DNA from: Malacoraja senta
Lineage: Eukaryota
DNA: 64,000 nucleotides
Direction: 5' to 3'
Assembly (NCBI GenBank): GCA_038087875.1
Contig: CM075985.1
Span: forward strand, 14,136,001-14,200,000
Part shown: positions 55,711 through 64,000 of the stretch, one piece after another
How the letters are laid out: every line of letters begins with the position of its first letter
How positions within the stretch are numbered: position 1 is the first letter of the stretch
Translations under genes and position numbers: made by a program
The notes under the pieces: generated by a model
The model's input: only the letters and a program-made list of their open reading frames with translations
Told to the model about the DNA's origin: nothing
Database searches by the model: none

Positions 55711-58700
55711 ATTGTTCCCCTATTTGGCACTAGTGCTGTTAATCCCGACAATCAAATCAACCAATCTGGCTACTATTTTCTTGGCCCTTTTAGCATCTGG
55801 TGGTCCTGAGGTTAATGGGTCTAGCAGACACCACTGCACTAACAGGTTCCCAGTGAGGCCCAGGCATTGTACAAATTCTTGACTGTGTGAGTCCTGGTCT
55901 TGGGCCAGCTCCCTATCGGTGCATATCTTTTATAGGGTGTAGGTGGAGGGCTTCCTGGGGGATCTGCTGGAGAAATGGAATGATATTGCCAGGAAAACCA
56001 AATAATTTCAGACCCTTGCTATTGACTAGCTTGGTAAAGAATGACCAATGTGGGGAGAACAGCAAGTTGCACAAGAGCCATTGTTCATCAGCTTCAGGTG
56101 CATATGATACATTTCCACTCAATCGTGCATCATATTTGTTTTCTCTTCATATTTTAATTTTCTTCCATTTGGGATGTGCTTCAAACTCTTACATAATTCA
56201 GTTGTAGCAGATGTTAATGTGAATGACAGTGGCGTCCATTTTGCTTACATGAGGGGATAGAGATAAAATTATCTAACATTTGCAGATGAGATCAAACTAG
56301 ACTGAGCTTTAAACAGATATCAGATACCAGAAAGCAAAGTTTTGATACTGGAAATCTGAAATAAAAATGGGAAATGCTGGAAGAATACAGTAGATTGGCT
56401 GCATCTGTGGAAAGAGTAAAAAATGTAACATTTCAGGTTGAAGATACTTTTTCAAAATTGGGAAATTGAATTTGGAAAGCTGCGAAATGCCCAGGTGGAA
56501 TATGAGGTCCTCATTCCTCAAACTTATGTTGGACATCAGTATAACAATGTAGGAGGTCACAGACAGTTAGGTCATTGTGAGAGTGAGATGAGGAATTAAA
56601 CTGGGAGCTCAAAGTCATCTTTGTGGACTGAATGAAGGTCCTCACTTGGTTTCTCCACTGCAGAGGAGATCACATTGACTCGGTTTCTCATTTCACAAAT
56701 GCTACCTGACCTGCTGAATATTTTTGGTATTTTTTGCTTTTATACTAAAAAGTTGTATAGACAAATAAGATTGGGAAAGGCCTGACGCCTTAGATTATTC
56801 CTCCATGATCTTGGCGTTCCATATCTCTGTAGGATCCTCTAGTTCTACAATCTTCTAAAACCTGTACTATTGCATTGCACATCCCTGATTTGAATCACCC
56901 TTCCATGGATGGCTGTGCCTTCACTCTCAACTTTGGCATTACTTCCTCATCTCAGTGCCTTTCTCCTTCTTTAAAGTAATCCTTAAAAAGTAACTCTTTG
57001 GTCATCTGACCCATTATCTCTTTCTGTTAGATTAATCCTAATTTTGTGAAGCTTTTGAAGATACTTTTAAATGTAAATTGAAGTTGCCTGAAAGAGGGGA
57101 AATGTGACTTTGAACTTGCCAACCTAAGAGAACAGAAATCTCAGGAAGTGATTTTTAGTTAGTAGAGAGTGCAAGTCCAGCCCTGTGTGCTTCAACAAAG
57201 GTTGTGACCTGCTGGTAGACTCCATCTGTGTGAGACTAACTTTACACTCCACTTTTTACTGCAGTTTAAAATCGCATGTCTGTCAGTTTGTGTAATAAGG
57301 GAATCATAATCATGTTTATTTATGGTATATTCTTATCCATTACATGCTTATTTGAAATATGTCTATGAATGTCCAACATAATAATTAACGCATGGAAAAT
57401 TATCTGTTTGCAAATGTTTAGGTTTCTATATAAATAGACAGCTCGTGGATTTAAAGCCATTTTCAGCTCATATGAAGCTTCTTTTCAGCACAGTAATTGA
57501 AGTAGTCGGTTTATTTTAATCAGTTGGTAGCCAATCGACTTTGACTGTCCCACCCAAAGGAGTAAAAAATTGGCTATGAGACATCTATTTAATACTTATG
57601 ACTTGTCTCTACACCACACCCCCAACTAGAGAAAGCTCTAGGGAATGTGTATGTATTTTTTTTTTAAATAAACAAAATTTGGTTTCCTAAATTCAGTTTT
57701 ATTATAATTTGCAAGATCAAATATTTTAGGAGAGTGAAGTGACTGTGGTTGTAAGAAGAAATAGTGAGAATACGTTGGCTGAGATTTCAACAACTTTACT
57801 CAAAACTACCTAAATGAAACCAATTGTTGTGTTTTAATTAATTAATCAATTCCACCAAATAACTTGTTTGTCATCCCTTTAATTAAGTTTGCCTAATATT
57901 CCCTCATTATTTCTGGGTATTTTATGATAATATAAATGTTGTTCCTTGCAAGAGCTTTCCATTTGCCCCAAACCCACCCAGTTTAACTACTTTTCTCTTG
58001 ACAAATTCTATATTTATTGCATGTAATCTTTTCTAACCATACATCCTTTCATCTACTCTTTTATAATTCACGCTTAATATAAATATTGAGTTATTTTGTA
58101 AGCCCCTGTTTTCAACCTGCTTCAGTTTGTTTATCATTTCCGTAGATCTCTGTTACTCTTCTGTATTGAGCCCAGTAGCATGAGTGAAAGCCATTGACAA
58201 CATCACCACTACTGCAATCGAAAGGTTGGCCTGGAAATTAATTAGAAACTCCTCTCCTCTTGTCTGTTGGTTTTCTCAAGCAGTTTATTACTTATGTAAC
58301 CATTCCAAGTATTCTGCCAGTGTAAATGATGCACATCTACGATGAGTTAATTAATTTAGTTTGCGGAGGATTGATGAGTCTTGTATTGTTCAGGGCCCAA
58401 AATGTTTAAAGGCAGACATAGAGAGGAGGTTACAAGGTTGAGGAATGCCTGGTGGGATGGGTGAGTGTTTACCAGTTTATATGGGGCCATCCTAAAGTTT
58501 TATTGAGAGCTTAATATTGCATTTTTTTGTTTGTGTTGTTAGAATTACATATTTGGGCATATTGCTAACTTTTGGACTTTATTCGAGTTTAGCAATAGTT
58601 TATTGGAGATTTTGATGTTAATTTTATTGCTGTGTAGAGCTAAATGTACGCCTACAAGAAAGAGTTGGGCAAGCAATTAGTGTAAACATGTGAAATACAA

Positions 58701-59354
58701 AGAGAAAATCATTTAAAAATGTTCGGTGATGTTATGCCAAGAAGTAAATTGAGCGCACAAATGAACAAAACAAGGAATTACTATGCTATCCAGTATCAGT
58801 GATCAGGGTGGGTTGAGCTGTCTTTTAACACACTCCTTCAAACAACGTTCACAGAAGGTCTCTGATAAAGAATTATATTTACAGGCAATCTTTTGGTAAT
58901 TTGAGCACTTAATTTGTTTGGGATAGTTTTTTTGGCTCAACGTTACTGAACAATTTTCTACGATTCTTTTCTCTGGCTGAATATTCATTACACTGCAACT
59001 CTAAGTCTTTGAGCCAAATTTGCCAGATCATCTTGTTGTGGAAACATTTGTGTAGTTCTAATTTGGTGGTTTGTTAACAGGGCCACTTTCTTTTACCGGA
59101 ATTAGTGCTAACATGAAGAACTATTCCCTCCACTAACGTTCATATCTGCTTGGCAGAACCTGTCCTTATCCTCAAGAACTTCTATTTGACTTCCTACCAT
59201 TTTCTGCAGATCGAATGAGTGGCGATTATTTCTTGCATGGGCCTCAGCTGTGGCTGTCTTTGTTGGCAATGTATCACAATTCTGCCACATATAGCCCCCT
59301 TGCTAAATTGATGCCTGCATTGGTGCTGTCTCCTGCACCAATATAGAACACACA

Positions 59355-59700
59355 GATGTTACTGCATCTAGAGGGAATGAACTATAAGGAGAGAATGGAT
59401 AGGTTGGAGCTTTTTTCTCTGGAGCAAGGGAGGCTGAGGGGTGACCATATGGAGGTATATAAAATCACGAGGTGCACGAATATGGTGGGCACAGTCTTTT
59501 TTCTGGGATATGGGAATCTAACTTTAGGGGCTAGATTTTAGATGAGGGAAAAATGTTAAGGGGACCTGAGGGACCACAGGCTGGTGAAACAAGCTGCCGG
59601 TTAGAGAAATGCAGGCAAATGGGACTAGCTCAGAGTGGCAAAATGGCCGAGTTGGGATGAAGGGCCTGTTTCTCTGCTAGATAACTTTATGAATCTATAT
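59355..59700 (+). mobile_element. Degraded CR1 LINE 3' fragment
   Basis: LEGMNYKERMDRLELFSLEQGRLRGDHMEVYKI. Confidence 0.8.
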
Positions 59701-60320
59701 TGCACAATGATGTATTTACCATAAAATTAAGTCTTTCTGTTGAATTAAAGATTTTAAAATATAATGATTTTATCTGATGCTGAATAATTGGAGTGCTTTA
59801 AACTCGGGCATTAATTTGCAGTGCTGGATTTACAGCATTGTAGTGCCACTTTCTTTGCAAATTTTCTCATGAATTATGAGCCAACTTTTTAGCATGAATC
59901 AAACGCCATATAAATTGAATTAAGCTGGTGGGCTCATTAGCTACTGTAAATTTCCCGATGGATATTAGGTGATAGGAGAATCAGATGGGAGGTAATGAAC
60001 ACGTGAGAAAGAAAAGCGTTACGGGGAAAAAAGGGGGATGGTGTACAATTGACAGGATAGCCCCGAGAGCTAGCATAGATTCTGTGGGCAGTGACCTTCC
60101 GTGTTGTGAGAAAATATGTTTATTTTCTCACAATTTCTTATTCCCTTATTTCTTTTGATTCCTTCCAATTTTTTGATGGATCAATGTTGGGTTCAGAGAG
60201 GAAACATTTAAATTTGTATTAAGAGAATTTATTGAGATAGATTCTGCCATTTAAATCACTTTTGGATAGGAATATGGATATGCAGGGAATGAAGGGATAG
60301 GATAGGAAGAATGATAGGAA

Positions 60321-61162
60321 GTGGCGGCGCCTAACGGCAGCGGCTCGACTGCAGTCCGTCTGTCTTTTTTAAATTTTTGTCTAATTAAATGTAGTTGTTT
60401 GTGTTTTTTTATATTATTTTTAACTGTGTATATGGGGGGCGGGGGGGGGGAACTTAAAAAAATCTCTTCCCTGTATGGAGGACCCGACCTTTCTCTGTCG
60501 GGTCTCCGTTGTCGTTGGGGCCTAGCACCGTGGAGCGGCCTCCAACCGGAACGACCTGGGGCTCCAGTCGCGGAGCCTGCGGACTACTCACCATCGTGGA
60601 GCTGGCCGAGTTCGGAGCATGGAGAGCTGCGGTGACGCGCGGCTGTGACCCGACCCCGGAGATTCGGAGGCTCCAGCCGCAGGTCTGGTGGACGGTAACA
60701 TCGGGAGCTCGCGGGTCCCTGGTGGGAGACCGCTTTTCGGGGCTCCCGCAACGGCAACTTCTCCCGCCCGAGTTGCAGGGTTGAAGATGACCTGGAGCTG
60801 GGTCTAACATCACCCGGCGCAGCTTTAATGGCCGCGGGACTTGCTAGCGCTACCGGGGTCTCCAACATCCAGACCCGGAGGGCGGTCTTGCATCGCCCGG
60901 CGCGGCTTTAATGGCCGCGGGACTTATTTTCCATTGCCCGCCGGGGGCTCTGACTCTGACATCGGGAGGAGAATGGGGAGTGCAGGGGAGAGATAAGACT
61001 TTGCCTTCTATCACAGCGAGGAGGAGATTCGCTGTGATGGATGTTTGTGTAAATTGTGTTGTGTCTTGGTTCTTTTTACTTGTTTGTATGACTGCAGAAA
61101 CCAAATTTCGTTTGAACTTCATTTGAGGTTCAAATGACAATAAATGGTATTGTAATGTATTG
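60321..61162 (+). mobile_element. Young GC-rich non-autonomous retroelement with Rex1/L2-type tail, inserted in a CR1 tail
   Basis: High CpG retention; ends aaccaaatttcgtt...aatgacaataaatggtattgtaatgtattg (cf. Rex1 tails at 21410-21490 and 26003-26068); CR1 tail sequence resumes at ~61163. Confidence 0.65.
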
Positions 61163-62410
61163 ATATGGATTATGTGCCGGCAGATGGTCTTGCCATCATG
61201 TTCGGCACAGACATTGTTGGCCGAAGGGCCTGTTAACCCTAATCCTACCTGAGAAACAGAACACTATAAACCTCCATTTACACTACCATTGACTTGTTTT
61301 CTAATTGTGTTTTTGCATTAACGTCTTTTTAAAAAAATATATATATTTTTGCTATTTTAGACAATTTACGTATAATTTTTGGATTTGTATGTTATCTGAG
61401 TCCATGTCTGCAATATTTGCATTGTACACTGTACCTAACTGTACTGCATATGGCAATAAATAGTTGACTTGAAAACTAAAAGACTTGACTTATACTGGAG
61501 GAAATGAGATGGTGAATAGGTTGCCTGTCAAGTAGGCTGCCTTGTCCTGATTCATGACTGCAAAAGGAAAGAATTTCATGACATTTCCGACGTGCCTTTT
61601 AAGTGGAGGAAAGGTTCTGAGATCTCAGGAGATGAGTTATTAAGTGTATTTATGTGGCTGATCTGAACAAGCTGACCTCTAGGCTATTGATAATGGTAAA
61701 CTAGAACAAAGTAATGCCATTGAATATCATGGACAGAACACTAGATACTCTCTTGTTGGACATGGTTAATGCCTGGCACTTTGGTGACACAAATGCGTTG
61801 GTGTTCTCTAGGTCGGTGTACGGACTGCTTCATTTTTCTAAGGAATTATGATTATATTGTGTCATCAGTGAACATTCCCACTAATGAAAGGATGGTTATT
61901 GATAAATTGGGAAATTGTCCTGAGGAACTCCTGTGCCACCGATCTCCACCAGCTTTCATTGTGTGAAGTATGACTAGCCATTGGCATGTTTTCCTTCTTG
62001 CCCATTAACTTCAGCTTAATCTCCTTGATGTCACATCATCTAATGGTACATTGGTCAAAGGCTGTCTCTCTCAACCTTATCTTTGGAATTCAGCTTTCTG
62101 GTCCTTGGGCTGTGATGAAATCTGGAGCCACGTCGTTCTGGTAAAACACAAACTAGGCATTTTACACTTTGTCGATTGAGTAGAGTGATTGGGTAATTAA
62201 TTTGCTGGATTTGATTTATCCTGTTTTGAATGGACATATCTAGGCAATTTCCCCAGTGTTGTATTGATTCTAGAATAGCTTTATTAGGGGCCTATGTGGA
62301 GCTCAGTTGGGATTTTGTCTGCAGCTGAGTCCTTTGCTTTACCCAGTGCTCAGTGATTTCCTTAAATCACATGGGCAAATTGAATTGGCTAGAGACTGGC
62401 TTCTGAGATT

Positions 62411-62705
62411 TTTTAGTTTAGTTTAGAGATACATTGCGGAAACAGGCCCTTCAGCCTACCGAGTCCACGCCAACCAGTGATCCCCATCGACTGGGGCCAA
62501 TTTACTATTTTTACTAGAGCCAATTAACTTACAAACCTGTATGTCTTTGGAATGTGGGTGGAAGCAGGAACCCTCGGGGAAAACCCACGTTGCCACGAGG
62601 AGAACGTACAAACTCTATTCAGACAGCAACCGTAGTCAGGATTAAACCCAGGTCTCTGGCGCTGTAAGGCAGCAACTCTACCCTTGTGCCTCTATGCTGC
62701 CCCGG
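62411..62705 (-). mobile_element. HE1-type V-SINE
   Basis: (TTTAG)n, ggaaacaggcccttcagcc, V-domain, ggtctctggcgctgtaaggcagcaactctacc. Confidence 0.85.
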
Positions 62706-63941
62706 TGGGGCTCTTAGGATGAAGTCTAGATGAAGTGACCAAGACACAAAAGACTGCAGATTCTCGACTTTAGAACCAACTACCGGAGAAACTCAGTGGG
62801 TCAGGCAGCAGCTACGGAGAGAAAAGGGCAATTGAGTTTCTGGTGAGGTGGGAAAGGGATGATAACAATGGGGGCTGCCATCTGATTCGTGACAGTAACA
62901 GAAACTGCAGCATATAATTGCTACAGTAGTCCAGCATGCAAGTCTGTAGCACTTACATGCTGGAGCCTGCCATTATTGAGGATTGGATACTTTTGGAGCC
63001 TCTTTCTTCTCATGTCATTGTTAAATTGTCCATCGTAATAGTTGTGACAGGAATGACTGCAGACCTTTGATCTTATCCATTGATTGTGGGATCACTTGGC
63101 TTTGGCTATTGCCCTACAAAACATTATGCACCATAACATTTTTTAAATATAGTTCTGAGTAGATGTAGCGCAGTAAATGAATACATATGGAAACTATGCT
63201 GGGGTTTTTTTTAAACAAGGGCACGTGCATGTTATGGAATTTGACTCTGGACCTAATTTATGGTTATTACTACTTCATAAATAGCAATTTAAAGCTGTCT
63301 CTGGTTTATGCCTTAAAATAATCTTCTGGATGTCTATAATTTACTCATATTCAATAGGTTGTAATTAGGCAATTTGAACTACATGTGAATATATCGAGGG
63401 TTTATTTTGGGTTGAAACTAAAACGGCAATGTTTACCCTTAATCATAGGCACAAAAAAGTGACAGCAAGCTTTGGAAATTCCAAGAGGCGTATACGAGAA
63501 CATACTGCTGTGTTGCAGATCTGTTTCAGATGAGTGGGCATTGGAAGAGTTACTGCGAAAAAAAGTGTTACATATCATTGCCTTAAATGATTGTCATTAT
63601 GTTTCAATCAGAATTTTGGTGTTTCTTAGCGGGTTTATATAGACAATCAATTTTACTGATGTTCATAGTCTATAAATTAAGTGTTGGCAGTTTCTTGAAC
63701 AGTTACATGTAAGATTATCAATGCTAATTACTTTAGTTTAAAGCCCCTCAGGGTAGCTCCAAGGTCACTCGTGTATGGACAACAGAATGCTACAACTAGT
63801 AGAGGGTTGTTTACAGCTCCAGCTTCACTCCTCTGGTGCTGTTTTAGTGGAGTCTGCATGTTTTCCCTTTGACCACATTTGGTACTATGGTTTCTGCCAT
63901 ATCCCAAAGATGTGGACTAGTAGCTAATTGGCCACTGTATA

Positions 63942-64000
63942 TAGATACATAGAAAATAGGTGCAGGAGTAGGCCATTCGGCCCTTTGAGCCTGCACCGCC
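63942..64000 (-). mobile_element. 3' end of a CR1 LINE (continues beyond the window)
   Basis: aataggtgcaggagtaggccattcggccctttgagcctgcaccgcc, near-identical to 85-130. Confidence 0.85.

Overview
Eukaryotic vertebrate genomic DNA, most likely an elasmobranch (skate/ray/shark), inferred from HE1-type SINEs, abundant CR1 LINEs and Deu-domain SINEs. Three spliced protein-coding genes are present. DNAJC2 (MPP11/zuotin homologue; + strand) contributes its last 10 coding exons (1-14271). PMPCB (mitochondrial processing peptidase beta; - strand) is complete with 13 exons (14372-25300, 483 aa). NAPEPLD (+ strand) has three coding exons (31728-44673); its last coding exon was not found and probably lies beyond the window. 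All exon boundaries are GT-AG with consistent phases. DNAJC2 and PMPCB are tail-to-tail with 100 bp between stop codons, and PMPCB and NAPEPLD are head-to-head. Non-coding sequence is rich in transposons, often nested: CR1 and Rex1/Babar LINE fragments, SINEs, a Tc1 element, two PIF/Harbinger-type elements, two hAT MITEs, a Helitron with a G-quadruplex-type minisatellite, and an old ~30-bp satellite. The most notable signal is a high-copy short repeat family carrying a minimal hammerhead-ribozyme core (CTGAAGA-stem-GAAA-CGTC; probably Penelope-derived), often arranged as inverted pairs next to exons and the PMPCB promoter. Family assignments are from motif recognition only; no database searches were run.
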